Assembly: GCA_944359705.1 (NCBI GenBank) | Contig: CALVSZ010000003.1 | Span: forward strand, 1 to 33,026 | Direction: 5' to 3' | Length of the DNA: 33,026 nt | Source of the DNA: an uncultured Bacilli bacterium | Lineage (GTDB): Bacteria > Bacillota_I > Bacilli_A > RF39 > UBA660 | Shown here: piece by piece, positions 9,082 through 18,606 of the stretch | How the letters are laid out: the number at the start of each line of letters is the position of its first letter | Position numbering within the stretch: position 1 is the stretch's first letter | Program-made: the position numbers and the translations under genes | The notes under the pieces: model-generated | What the model saw: only the letters and a program-made list of their open reading frames with translations | The model's database searches: none | Told to the model about the DNA's origin: nothing

Positions 9082-9657
9082 CTATTCAATACTTTGAATA
9101 GCATCAACTCCTAAATTAATCTTTAATTTTTTACCTTGTTGATCATCTTGATTAACCCCTGTTTCTTCTAAATACAACATTAATGTATATTTTTTAGTTT
9201 CCCCACTTGCTAAATGTTCACCACTACTTATATATACTTGACTAGCATCTGCAATAGCACCTGTAGTTAATTTATTTCCAAATTCGTCAAATAAAACATA
9301 TTTAATGGCATTTCTATCAAATTCATTGTTGATTATTTCCATATAAATATCAATTGTTTGATCTAAACTACCAGCACTTTCTACTTCAAAATTACTAACA
9401 TAACAATTTTCAATATCATCTATTGTATTAGGTTCATTTCTTGGAATAAATTTAGGATTATTGATAATTTGACCATCAATAAAATTAATAACTAAAGAAC
9501 CAGTATATATTTTAGTATCATCTTTATTCTGACTAGCAACTAAAGCAAAGTATGCAATTGTAACACTAGAGACCATAATTATTAAACTAATAATTAGAAT
9601 AACTAAATAAAAGATATCTTTAGAAGACATTTCCTTTTTCTTTTTTGCTAATTTCAT
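9082..9657 (-). CDS. SipW-cognate signal peptide protein, TasA/CalY (camelysin)-like subunit
   Basis: Basic N-terminus, hydrophobic helix ending SVTIAYF, then TGSLVINF; C-terminal GETKKYTLMLYLEETGVNQDDQQGK. Start ATG 9657 (SD AGGTGA). Confidence 0.75.
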   Translation of the reverse strand: MKLAKKKKEMSSKDIFYLVILIISLIIMVSSVTIAYFALVASQNKDDTKIYTGSLVINFIDGQIINNPKFIPRNEPNTIDDIENCYVSNFEVESAGSLDQTIDIYMEIINNEFDRNAIKYVLFDEFGNKLTTGAIADASQVYISSGEHLASGETKKYTLMLYLEETGVNQDDQQGKKLKINLGVDAIQSIE

Positions 9658-9673
9658 CCTATCACCTAGTATA

Positions 9674-9702
9674 ATGGTATCAAAAAAAAAAGAAAAATGC
9701 AA
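9674..9702 (-). promoter_or_regulatory. Putative sigmaA promoter with poly-T spacer
   Basis: TTGCAT-17 bp (contains T10)-TACCAT, extended TGn. Confidence 0.4.
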
Positions 9703-9731
9703 TATTTTTCTCTTAAGGATTAAACTGATTA

Positions 9732-10379
9732 TTAAGCTGAAATTACAAAAGAAGATGTTAATTTATCGCCATGGATGGATTCAAACCCCATTATACAATT
9801 ATAACTCTTACCTTGATCTTCATTCTGACTAGCTTCTATTTCACTAATCCAAAATACTACATAATAACTTATTGTTTGAGGACTAGTGGTACCATCGCCA
9901 ATATTAGTAATGTAAGTACTACTATTCTTTTTAAAATACATAGTATCTCCAGAATTATGTGTTATAGTTATTATGTCAGTTATAGGAGTATACACATTAC
10001 CATTTTTTGTATAAATCATAAATTTTAAATTATCGCTTGTATAAGTACTATTAGAAGTTCTAATAAATCCATGTAAATCTAATGGTAATCCATTGTTTAC
10101 AACATCTAATTTATATAAACTGCAGACTTCTTGTCCATCATTATCCATACACTGATTACTAGATTTACTTATTAACGTGGTTATTAAATCGTCTTTTACT
10201 GGCATTAAGGAAGATGATTTTTTTATTTCATATACTTCTACCCCAAAATTAGCATTATAAGTACTTCCTACTATATTGTTATTCCGAGTAGAAGCATTAA
10301 AAAATGAAAATGTTGTTCCAAAAACAACTGCACATATAATTAATACTATAAGAATTGCTAAAAAAATACTTTTTTTCAA
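9732..10379 (-). CDS. SipW-cognate signal peptide protein, TasA/CalY-like subunit
   Basis: MKK plus hydrophobic helix ending GTTFSFF; LMPVKD; LKFMIY; YYVVFWISE...QNEDQGKSY. TTG start with GCGGTGA SD. Confidence 0.75.
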   Translation of the reverse strand: MKKSIFLAILIVLIICAVVFGTTFSFFNASTRNNNIVGSTYNANFGVEVYEIKKSSSLMPVKDDLITTLISKSSNQCMDNDGQEVCSLYKLDVVNNGLPLDLHGFIRTSNSTYTSDNLKFMIYTKNGNVYTPITDIITITHNSGDTMYFKKNSSTYITNIGDGTTSPQTISYYVVFWISEIEASQNEDQGKSYNCIMGFESIHGDKLTSSFVISA

Positions 10380-10404
10380 TCTATCACCGCTTCCTATTGT
10401 AATA

Positions 10405-10433
10405 AATATATCAAAATACTAAAAAAAAAGCAA
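10405..10433 (-). promoter_or_regulatory. Putative sigmaA promoter
   Basis: TTGCTT-17 bp-TATATT, extended TGn. Confidence 0.45.
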
Positions 10434-10465
10434 CTGATATTATATAAAAATATAATATTATTGCT

Positions 10466-11992
10466 CTATATTTTTTTAAATATTGCCCTTGTTAAACATA
10501 ATGATTTATATTTCATTTTTAATTTCACATTATTTTTATCGAAAAGATTGTCTTCTTCCATAGTACCCTTTAAATATATACTTATTTCATTTATTTTATT
10601 TAAATCGATAAGTTTTTTTATTTTTTCTAAAATTATACCTCGCTTAGTATCACTAATTCCTTTAGGATTAAGCATATAATACGACAAAATTTTAAAAATA
10701 TCATTAGTTAAATGTTTACTTTCCAGATTAAATACATAGCAAATATCGTCTTCATGAGTATTCGACAAAATACTATTAGAATTAGATGCCATCTCTAATA
10801 ACAATTTTCTAATATTAGAATTTTTTGTTTTACTAATATAATTAATATCTTCTATATGATAAATAGAAGTTTGAAGTTCTTCTCTATGTAAATAAATTAC
10901 CAAATCTTTAAAAATTTCATCATCTTTAATATTTTCTAGAACATGTAAATCAAATTTCTTATATTGACTTTTTCTAAACTGTGGATTTATTAATAACAAT
11001 GCATAATGAATAACACATTTATCAGAAATATAATTAATAGAATATACATCTTTTTCAAAATTTTCATCGTAATCACATCTAACAGTATTCATTAAAAGTT
11101 CTTTAGTTTCTCTATTAATATTATTACTGTCAATAATTTTATATTTTTTTATCTCTTCTTCTGATATTTTTTTTATATAAATATACATTGCTATAGCAGT
11201 TTGCCTACTTTTAGCCATAGCAATGACCCCTACTTTAAATCTGTATTTTTTATCTTTAATTATTTTAGGATCAGTCATCAATTTAAAAAGAAACTGATTA
11301 GCAATAGGATTTACAGTCAATAATTTCATGTTATCAACATGAAATTTATCGGATAAAGATATTTTATTAACTGCTAAATTATTAACACTATATTGTTCTT
11401 TACAACCATCTAATTGTAAGCAATTACTATCACAATTAAAAACTATTTTCATATCAATTTGATGATATTTACTATTAATTGAATTTTTATCACATGCTAT
11501 TTTTACAAGCGCTGAAGAAATGAGAAAATCAATACCATTAACACTTCTGTCTTTAGCAGTTAATATTAATTTCAAATCCTCATCATGATATTTACTTTTT
11601 ATAAAAAATTCATTTGCTAAAAATGACAAAGAGATAGTTGGAATACCATATTTAGAAAGCGCATCTATATCTTGATAAAAAGTTCCACTATTAAGGAAAT
11701 CTCGATTACATAATTCTTTTTGTAACCCTATGTTTTCTTGACACTTTCCTAATTTCGATAAGCTTTCTATTCTTTTTTTATAATCATGACACTTCAGTAA
11801 ATTTTTATCTATTAAAATTGTTAATGGGAAACTAATTGAATTAAAATCAATATCTAGACTAAGAAAATTTTGAATTTGTCTAGATGATAAAGTAGATAAC
11901 CAATTATAAATAGCATCTCTTCCACCGATAAAATCATTTAAATGATATTTTTTTAATTGTCTAAATACTTTACTTATATATTTATATTTCAT
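10466..11992 (-). CDS. Hypothetical protein with degenerate internal helical repeats
   Basis: 508-aa ORF with SD GGAGG and recurring S-x-Y-H-x-x-D-[ILM] units. Confidence 0.75.
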   Translation of the reverse strand: MKYKYISKVFRQLKKYHLNDFIGGRDAIYNWLSTLSSRQIQNFLSLDIDFNSISFPLTILIDKNLLKCHDYKKRIESLSKLGKCQENIGLQKELCNRDFLNSGTFYQDIDALSKYGIPTISLSFLANEFFIKSKYHDEDLKLILTAKDRSVNGIDFLISSALVKIACDKNSINSKYHQIDMKIVFNCDSNCLQLDGCKEQYSVNNLAVNKISLSDKFHVDNMKLLTVNPIANQFLFKLMTDPKIIKDKKYRFKVGVIAMAKSRQTAIAMYIYIKKISEEEIKKYKIIDSNNINRETKELLMNTVRCDYDENFEKDVYSINYISDKCVIHYALLLINPQFRKSQYKKFDLHVLENIKDDEIFKDLVIYLHREELQTSIYHIEDINYISKTKNSNIRKLLLEMASNSNSILSNTHEDDICYVFNLESKHLTNDIFKILSYYMLNPKGISDTKRGIILEKIKKLIDLNKINEISIYLKGTMEEDNLFDKNNVKLKMKYKSLCLTRAIFKKI

Positions 11993-12018
11993 TAAAAACC
12001 TCCAGTAAAAAATATTTA

Positions 12019-13314
12019 CTATCGATTAATAATTTCACAAATTTTTTGGATGTCATTTATTTCAACCTCAATCTCCTTATAACTGTTCATATCTTTAATT
12101 TTTATTTTTCCAGTGTTTATTTCATTTTCACCAATAACTATGGTAAATGGAATATTATTTTTATTTGCCCATTCAAAAGCCTTTTTTACTTTTTTATTAT
12201 TCATCTCTATAATTGTTTTAATTTCTTTTTTTCTAAGATCAGTGGCTAACTTTAAGCATTCAAATTCCTTTCCCATTGGAATAATATATAATTGATAAAA
12301 TACGTCAGAATCATTTTTAGAAATAATTTCAAAAATTGGAACTAATCCAAAAGTCATTCCTACAGCAGGATAACTATTACCATCATTAATAAAATTAGTA
12401 ATTATTTTATCATATCTTCCACCAGCTCCGATGCTAGAAGTTATTCTTCTTTCTTTATCAAATACTTCCCAAATAGTTCCAGTATATATATCTAATCCTC
12501 TTGCTAAATACGGAGTAAATACGCATTCCTTCAAATTAAATTTTTCTATATAATCATTTAACATTTTTATTTCAACAATTCCTTCTTTTAATTGAGAATT
12601 GGTCGTATTATCAAATGCATTTAATAATTCACTATTTTCCATTTTAAAATAATTAAATAATTTATCTAAGCTTTGATTACTTATATCCAAAGCCTTAATT
12701 TCTTCTTTTACACCGTTTTCTCCTATTTTAGCTAATTTATCTACAGCCAATATAACTTTGGATATAACCGATTTTTCGATTCCACATTCCTCTATTAAAC
12801 CTGATAAAAATTTTCGGTTATTCCATTCAATCTCTATATCTATTCCTAACTCGTTATAACAATTAATTGCCATAAGCAACATTTCTATCTCCGGATATGT
12901 TCCCTCTAATCCACATAAATCTACATCACATTGATAAAATTCTCTATCTCTACCTAATTTAACCGGTCCATCTCTAAATACTTTACCTATTTCATATCTT
13001 CTAAATGGAAGAGTTATTTCTCTATTAATGTTAGATGCTATAACCTTGCAAAATGGCACAGTCAAATCATATCGAAGACCAATATGTCTTTTTCCTTGAT
13101 CTTCTAATGTATATACTTCTTTTAATATTTCAGCACCACCAGCATACTTAGATGCTAATAAATCATAATTACATAAAATTGAAGTTTCTAATGGTAAATA
13201 ACCATATAATTCAAAATTTTTACGTAATTTATCAATTATATTTTGTTTAATAATTTGATCTTTTGGCAATGAATCAAATGTCCCTTTTACATTTTTTAAT
13301 ATATTATTATCCAT
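12019..13314 (-). CDS. hisS: Histidine--tRNA ligase
   Basis: KGTFD, GLRYDLTVP, motif 2 RRYEIGKVFRDG..GRDREFYQCDVD, LARGLDIYTG, GAGGRYD and AVGMTFG. Start ATG 13314 (SD GGAGG). Confidence 0.95.
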   Translation of the reverse strand: MDNNILKNVKGTFDSLPKDQIIKQNIIDKLRKNFELYGYLPLETSILCNYDLLASKYAGGAEILKEVYTLEDQGKRHIGLRYDLTVPFCKVIASNINREITLPFRRYEIGKVFRDGPVKLGRDREFYQCDVDLCGLEGTYPEIEMLLMAINCYNELGIDIEIEWNNRKFLSGLIEECGIEKSVISKVILAVDKLAKIGENGVKEEIKALDISNQSLDKLFNYFKMENSELLNAFDNTTNSQLKEGIVEIKMLNDYIEKFNLKECVFTPYLARGLDIYTGTIWEVFDKERRITSSIGAGGRYDKIITNFINDGNSYPAVGMTFGLVPIFEIISKNDSDVFYQLYIIPMGKEFECLKLATDLRKKEIKTIIEMNNKKVKKAFEWANKNNIPFTIVIGENEINTGKIKIKDMNSYKEIEVEINDIQKICEIINR

Positions 13315-13349
13315 ATAATCCTCCAAAAATAATTAAAGTTCTATGACTA

Positions 13350-13378
13350 ATTATAGCATAACATCTTACTTATATCAA
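13350..13378 (-). promoter_or_regulatory. Putative sigmaA promoter of hisS
   Basis: TTGATA-17 bp-TATAAT, extended TGn. Confidence 0.65.
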
Positions 13379-13402
13379 TATAAGCATTTCTACAAAATTA
13401 AA

Positions 13403-14212
13403 CTACCTTTTACACAATTTTTTAATTTGTTCCTTTTTCCCAGAAAATTCATACCACTCATTACAAAAACTATATAAATTTTTAAAAATAGGAGTTTTAG
13501 ATAAATCCGATAATACTTCTTCTATTTCTTCATTTAAACTATGAATATATTTTTCTATATCTCGTTCTAATTTCTTTATAGTAATTTTCTTCATTAACAT
13601 TGATATAATTATATTTAATAAATCATTATTATTTTTAACATCTTCATATTGATAACTTAAATCACCGCTATCATATAATGTAATTTTTTCATATTGTTCA
13701 TTTATATTTAACTTTTTCTCAAGCTGTTTTTCTCTTTCTTTAATAAGAATAATATTTTTTTCATCGATCATTTTTTTTATATCACTTTTTCTTAATATAT
13801 CACCATCTTCCAATTCAACATCACTAGAAACTGCTGCAATATATCTAATTTGATATGAAACATTTTCATATTCAGTACTTTTTCCTTCTTTCCAATGTTT
13901 AGTAGCAGGAAATGTCATATAAGTACCAAATTCAACAAATCTATTATATTTTTTATTATATTTTTGAGAAAGCACTTTCAAACAATCATTATCATCAAAT
14001 AAAATATCATATAATTTATAAAGTAAATCATACATTTCTAAATTTGATAAATTTTCTAAACCTTTATTGTAAAAAGTAATAACATTCACATATTCATCTA
14101 TCAATTTCTTAAATCTATTGAAAGCATCATTATCAGACTCTCTATACATATAATCACTAAATTCATAAAATAACATAATATCTTTTTTAAAAATTTCCAT
14201 ACAAACATCCAT
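13403..14212 (-). CDS. Hypothetical protein (orphan, basic C-terminal tail)
   Basis: 269-aa ORF filling the gap, with no recognisable motif. The start could be ATG 14200. Confidence 0.7.
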   Translation of the reverse strand: MDVCMEIFKKDIMLFYEFSDYMYRESDNDAFNRFKKLIDEYVNVITFYNKGLENLSNLEMYDLLYKLYDILFDDNDCLKVLSQKYNKKYNRFVEFGTYMTFPATKHWKEGKSTEYENVSYQIRYIAAVSSDVELEDGDILRKSDIKKMIDEKNIILIKEREKQLEKKLNINEQYEKITLYDSGDLSYQYEDVKNNNDLLNIIISMLMKKITIKKLERDIEKYIHSLNEEIEEVLSDLSKTPIFKNLYSFCNEWYEFSGKKEQIKKLCKR

Positions 14213-14247
14213 AAATAATTTTGCATTATATTATATCATATTTAAAT

Positions 14248-14283
14248 AAAAAGAAAAGAACTATCAACATTTTGCCGATAGTT
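14248..14283 (-). terminator. Intrinsic terminator after the HAD nucleotidase gene
   Basis: Minus strand AACTATCGGC-AAAAT-GTTGATAGTT hairpin followed by CTTTTCTTTTT, 3 nt after the TGA stop. Confidence 0.75.
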
Positions 14284-14286
14284 TAA

Positions 14287-14775
14287 TCAAAACATATCTA
14301 TTATTTGATCTAATTTAGTAATTGAAGGATATTTACATTTTTTATTACTATCAGAAAATTTAATAGCAATTCCACCTTTATTACTCCATAAATCTAAATT
14401 ACCTAAATAGTCATCTACTAATATTGCATTTTTAGGATTTACAATATCACATTTATTTATTTCCTTGGGTACAAGTATTACTCCAACATCCTTTAATTTA
14501 TTATTAATATATTCAATCTTACCTACTCCTTCATTATATGAATGAATATGAGTAAGTACATTTACTTCAAACTTATTAGTAGCCATTATCTTTTTAATAC
14601 AAGATATACTTTCTTTTAGTTCTGGGGTTTGTTTAATTATATGATTCCAATCTAAATTATAATAGAAATCTCTTATTTCTTCATCTGTTCCTAATTTTAA
14701 ATTAGCAATCATATCATATGTTACCCTAATTGTATCTAAAATAACACCATCAAAATCAATATATAACTTCTTCAT
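14287..14775 (-). CDS. HAD-superfamily 5'(3')-deoxyribonucleotidase (NT5C-like)
   Basis: LYIDFDGVILD (motif I), VLT (motif II), K...AILVDD..NL..W...GG (motifs III/IV). Confidence 0.75.
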   Translation of the reverse strand: MKKLYIDFDGVILDTIRVTYDMIANLKLGTDEEIRDFYYNLDWNHIIKQTPELKESISCIKKIMATNKFEVNVLTHIHSYNEGVGKIEYINNKLKDVGVILVPKEINKCDIVNPKNAILVDDYLGNLDLWSNKGGIAIKFSDSNKKCKYPSITKLDQIIDMF

Positions 14776-14776
14776 A

Positions 14777-15307
14777 TTAATTTAAACCATTAATTATACC
14801 ATTTTCTGTTTCATAATAAGATACAATTTGATCATTAATAATTTTAATTAAAGTTGGAGCTTTAACCTTTAATTCTTCTAAATTTTTAGCATTAGGATTA
14901 CTACTATCTTCACTTACGTAATTTTGATTAAGCGAACTACTAGTATCTACCCTATACACTTTATAATCACTTAATTTATTAGAAATAGTTGATTCAATAT
15001 TACTATTAGTTTCTTCAAAATTATAAAAATATACATAATATTCTTCTTCTTTTTGTTTAAAAATGGCACTTGCAATTATATTATTACTAACAGTATCTAC
15101 CACATCATTTTCTGAATTATTACCAAACCATTTTATTTCTTTAGTAATAAATATTCCAATTAATAGATATATAACTACACAAAGAATAATTAAAATAATT
15201 GACATCTTATCCAATTTTTGGACCTCATTATCATCATTATTATTAGTTTCTCTTTTTAAACTTTTTCCTTCTATTTTACTTTGTTTTCTTCTTAATTCTC
15301 TACCCAC
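14777..15307 (-). CDS. Membrane-anchored thioredoxin-like fold protein lacking CxxC
   Basis: Basic N-terminus, one TM, then EEYYVYFY..VYRVD..KAPTLIKI...IV pattern. GTG start with GAGGTG SD. Confidence 0.6.
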   Translation of the reverse strand: MGRELRRKQSKIEGKSLKRETNNNDDNEVQKLDKMSIILIILCVVIYLLIGIFITKEIKWFGNNSENDVVDTVSNNIIASAIFKQKEEEYYVYFYNFEETNSNIESTISNKLSDYKVYRVDTSSSLNQNYVSEDSSNPNAKNLEELKVKAPTLIKIINDQIVSYYETENGIINGLN

Positions 15308-15365
15308 AAATATACACCTCGTAGATATTATAACAAATATTATCTACATCGTAAAGTAAAGATCT

Positions 15366-15872
15366 TTATTTTCCAAAATAATCATTATAGATTTTTTTAA
15401 AAATACTTAAATGAATTTGTTCGTCTACTATTATTCTTTTTAAAATATTAACAATAAATTTGTCTTTAATTACTTTTGTTAAATAATTATAATAATTTAT
15501 TGCTTGTATTTCAGCATTAATATTTATTCTAAGAATATCATTCAAATTATTATTATATTTTACATAAGAAGTATTAAAATATTTACTAAGTCCATTTTTA
15601 TATGGTGATGAATATACTGGTTTTACACCAAGAAGTAATACTAGTTTACCTAATATTTCTAAATGTTTCATTTCTACAACAGAAATTTTTTTTAAAATGT
15701 TAGATATATCTTTATATTTTTCTTGTAATATTAATGATTGATATAAATATAAATGTATTGCTGTATCTTCACTAGTTTCACTTGCATATGCTTTTCTAAG
15801 CAAATTAGCATATGTATAATTTTTAGTCTCTACTTCTATATTTGGATAAGGTATTTTACTTTCAAATATCAT
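15366..15872 (-). CDS. Ferritin-like dimetal protein (Mn-catalase/rubrerythrin/CotJC-like)
   Basis: SEDTAIHLYLYQ, VEMKHLEILG, AEIQAINYY and DEQIH (two E..ExxH sets). Start ATG 15872 (SD GGAGGG). Confidence 0.8.
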   Translation of the reverse strand: MIFESKIPYPNIEVETKNYTYANLLRKAYASETSEDTAIHLYLYQSLILQEKYKDISNILKKISVVEMKHLEILGKLVLLLGVKPVYSSPYKNGLSKYFNTSYVKYNNNLNDILRININAEIQAINYYNYLTKVIKDKFIVNILKRIIVDEQIHLSIFKKIYNDYFGK

Positions 15873-15916
15873 ATTATCCCTCCAATATATCATAGTACTT
15901 AGAAAAGAAAAAAATG

Positions 15917-16165
15917 TTAATTTTCTTTAACACTTTTTATATTTTGCAATTCAAAACGATATTCTTGCTTAACGTTTGGATATTTAACTTTATCTACTTT
16001 GGAAGTAAACATATCATAAGGTCTTATATATAATTGGTTATCTCCATATAAAGCTCTATACACAACACATTTTTCCATAGTTTCAGAATATAGACCTATA
16101 TCCTCAACAATATAATAGTCTCCTTTAAAATGTTTATATACTCCTTTAATTTTAACTTCATTCAT
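15917..16165 (-). CDS. DUF1653 domain protein
   Basis: GVYKHFKGDYY..SETMEKCVVYRALYGD..YIRPYDMF..VDK.KYP..Q.YRF signature. TAATG-coupled to murC. Confidence 0.9.
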   Translation of the reverse strand: MNEVKIKGVYKHFKGDYYIVEDIGLYSETMEKCVVYRALYGDNQLYIRPYDMFTSKVDKVKYPNVKQEYRFELQNIKSVKEN

Positions 16166-17451
16166 TATAACAACTCCTTTAACTCTTTTTCTAAAACAGA
16201 TAAATCATTAGGACTCATAAATATGTAAACACTACCTTTATGTTTAGATAATATTTTAGCATCATTCATATTTAAATGATAACCATTATTTAATTTATCT
16301 ATTATTATATTGGATGTAATATTAGGATAATCTTCTTGTTTTTCCCTAGCAGGATGAATATCTAATACATATGCATAGTTAGCAAGATTTAAATATTTGG
16401 CAATATCACTAGCAAATTCTTCTGTTCTAGTAAAAGTATGGGGCTGAAATATTGCTACAATACTCTTATTGGGATACTTTTGTTTTATTGCATTCATTGT
16501 TGCTTTTATTTCATTAGGGTGATGAGCATAATCATCAATTATTATAGAATCGTTAATAAATTCCTCGCTAAATCTTCTTTTAGCTCCTTTAAATTTGCTT
16601 AAGTTATATTGAATTTCTTTACTATTTAATCCCTCTAAATAACACGTAGTTATTACTGCTAGAGAATCTAATAATTGATGTTCTCCATATAATGGCAAAG
16701 TAAATTTACCAAATAAATTATCATTTATATATACTTCAAATTTAATGCCATTTTCATTATATTCAATATTTTTAGCAATTACATCATTATTGTTAGATAA
16801 ACCATAGGTAATAGGTTCTTTATCTAATATCATTTTACCAGTATATGGATCATCGCCATACATAATTACTTTTTTAACAGTTTTATTCGCTAAACTATTA
16901 TAAGCATCAATTACATCATCTATATCTTTAAAATAATCAACATGATCTAAATCAATATTAGTAATTATTAAATAGTATGGCGTATAATTTAAGAAATGCC
17001 TTTTATATTCACAAGATTCTAATGCAAAATAAGTATTTTCTTTACTAGCATATCCTGTTCCATCTCCGATTAAATAATTGGTATTAGGCAAAGTAATAGA
17101 TAACATTGCTGTTGTCGTAGTCTTTCCATGGCATCCTGATACGCATATTGTTTTAAACTTAGTCGTTAATCTTCCAACCATCTCTTCATATGTTATAATT
17201 TCTAAATTAAGTCTTTTTGCTTCAATTATTTCTGCATTATCATCAGTAATAGAAGCTCCCCTAATTATAATTAAACCTTCTTTTATGTTATTTTTATCAT
17301 ACACCATAATCTTTATATTTCTTTCATTTAAACCTATTTCTGTAAAAAAGTGTTTTTCAACATCACTTCCTTGAACACTATATCCTAAATCATGCATAAT
17401 ATTTGCAAGAGAACTCATCCCTGCTCCTTTAATTCCAATAAAATGATACAT
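16165..17451 (-). CDS. murC: UDP-N-acetylmuramate--L-alanine ligase
   Basis: YHFIGIKGAGMSSLA, GSD, GCHGKTTTT P-loop, ESCEYKRHF, TNIDLDHVDYF, DDYAHHP and FQPHTFTRT. Confidence 0.95.
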   Translation of the reverse strand: MYHFIGIKGAGMSSLANIMHDLGYSVQGSDVEKHFFTEIGLNERNIKIMVYDKNNIKEGLIIIRGASITDDNAEIIEAKRLNLEIITYEEMVGRLTTKFKTICVSGCHGKTTTTAMLSITLPNTNYLIGDGTGYASKENTYFALESCEYKRHFLNYTPYYLIITNIDLDHVDYFKDIDDVIDAYNSLANKTVKKVIMYGDDPYTGKMILDKEPITYGLSNNNDVIAKNIEYNENGIKFEVYINDNLFGKFTLPLYGEHQLLDSLAVITTCYLEGLNSKEIQYNLSKFKGAKRRFSEEFINDSIIIDDYAHHPNEIKATMNAIKQKYPNKSIVAIFQPHTFTRTEEFASDIAKYLNLANYAYVLDIHPAREKQEDYPNITSNIIIDKLNNGYHLNMNDAKILSKHKGSVYIFMSPNDLSVLEKELKELL

Positions 17452-17453
17452 AC

Positions 17454-18554
17454 TTATTCCCCCTTATTTTTATATTTTTCAATATGTGATTTAATCAATT
17501 CTTTATCATCAAAATAATTAATTTTCATAGCATCTTTTACTTCTTTTAAAGTAATACTAGCTTTTGCTCTTGCTTTAAGACTACCTTGCTCTAATATATT
17601 ATATACTTCTTCAATTTTATTTTCATATATTTTTCTTCTTTCCCTAATTGGAGTTAGTATTTCTTCTAATACATTAAATAAAAATTTCTTTATTTTAACA
17701 TCCCCTAAACCTCCACGATCATAATGAGCTTTCAATTCATCTAAATTTTTATATTCTGGCAAATATTTAGAAAAATGTTCATCTGTACAAAATGCATCTA
17801 AATATATAAAGACAGTATTACCTTCAATTTGTCCTGGATCATCTATCTTAATATGATTAGGGTCCGTATACATTGACATAACTTTTTTTCTTACTTCTTC
17901 TGTTGAATCTGATAAATATATACAATTCCCTAAACTTTTACTCATTTTTGCTTTACCATCTATTCCTGGCAATCTTAAACAAACTTCATTATCTGGAAGT
18001 ACTGCTTTAGGTTCTACTAATACTTTGCATTTATACGTACTATTAAAAGAACGTACAATTTCTCTTGCCTGTTCAATCATTGGAAGTTGATCTTCTCCAA
18101 CCGGGATAACATTAGCTTTAAAAGCCGTAATATCGGCCGCTTGACTAATTGGATAAGTCCAAAAGCCAACAGGAATTGATGTATTAAAATTTCTTAATTT
18201 AATTTCTGACTTAACCGTTGGATTTCTCTCTAATCTAGATACCGTAACTAAATTCATATAAAAGAATGTAAGTTCTGTTAATTCTGGAACCTGTGATTGA
18301 ATAAATAGTGTTACTTTTTCAGGATTTAATCCTACTGATAAATAATCAAGAGCTACTTCAATAATATTTTCTCTAATCTTATTTGGATTATCAGCATTGT
18401 CAGTAAGTGCTTGAGCATCTGCTATCATTATATACATCTCATCATAATCATTGCTATTTTGTATGTTTATTCTTTCTCTTAGAGAACCAACAAAATGCCC
18501 TAAATGTAGTTTACCTGTTGGTCTATCTCCTGTTAAAATTATTTTTTTAGACAT
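17454..18554 (-). CDS. trpS: Tryptophan--tRNA ligase
   Basis: TGDRPTGKLHLGH (HIGH), YPISQAADI, PVGEDQ and KMSKS. Confidence 0.96.
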   Translation of the reverse strand: MSKKIILTGDRPTGKLHLGHFVGSLRERINIQNSNDYDEMYIMIADAQALTDNADNPNKIRENIIEVALDYLSVGLNPEKVTLFIQSQVPELTELTFFYMNLVTVSRLERNPTVKSEIKLRNFNTSIPVGFWTYPISQAADITAFKANVIPVGEDQLPMIEQAREIVRSFNSTYKCKVLVEPKAVLPDNEVCLRLPGIDGKAKMSKSLGNCIYLSDSTEEVRKKVMSMYTDPNHIKIDDPGQIEGNTVFIYLDAFCTDEHFSKYLPEYKNLDELKAHYDRGGLGDVKIKKFLFNVLEEILTPIRERRKIYENKIEEVYNILEQGSLKARAKASITLKEVKDAMKINYFDDKELIKSHIEKYKNKGE

Positions 18555-18577
18555 ACCATCATCTCTTTTCTAAATTA

Positions 18578-18606
18578 ATTTTAGCATATTAAGAATTATT
18601 AGTAAA
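18578..18606 (-). promoter_or_regulatory. Putative sigmaA promoter of trpS-murC-DUF1653
   Basis: TTTACT-17 bp-TAAAAT, extended TGn. Confidence 0.5.
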
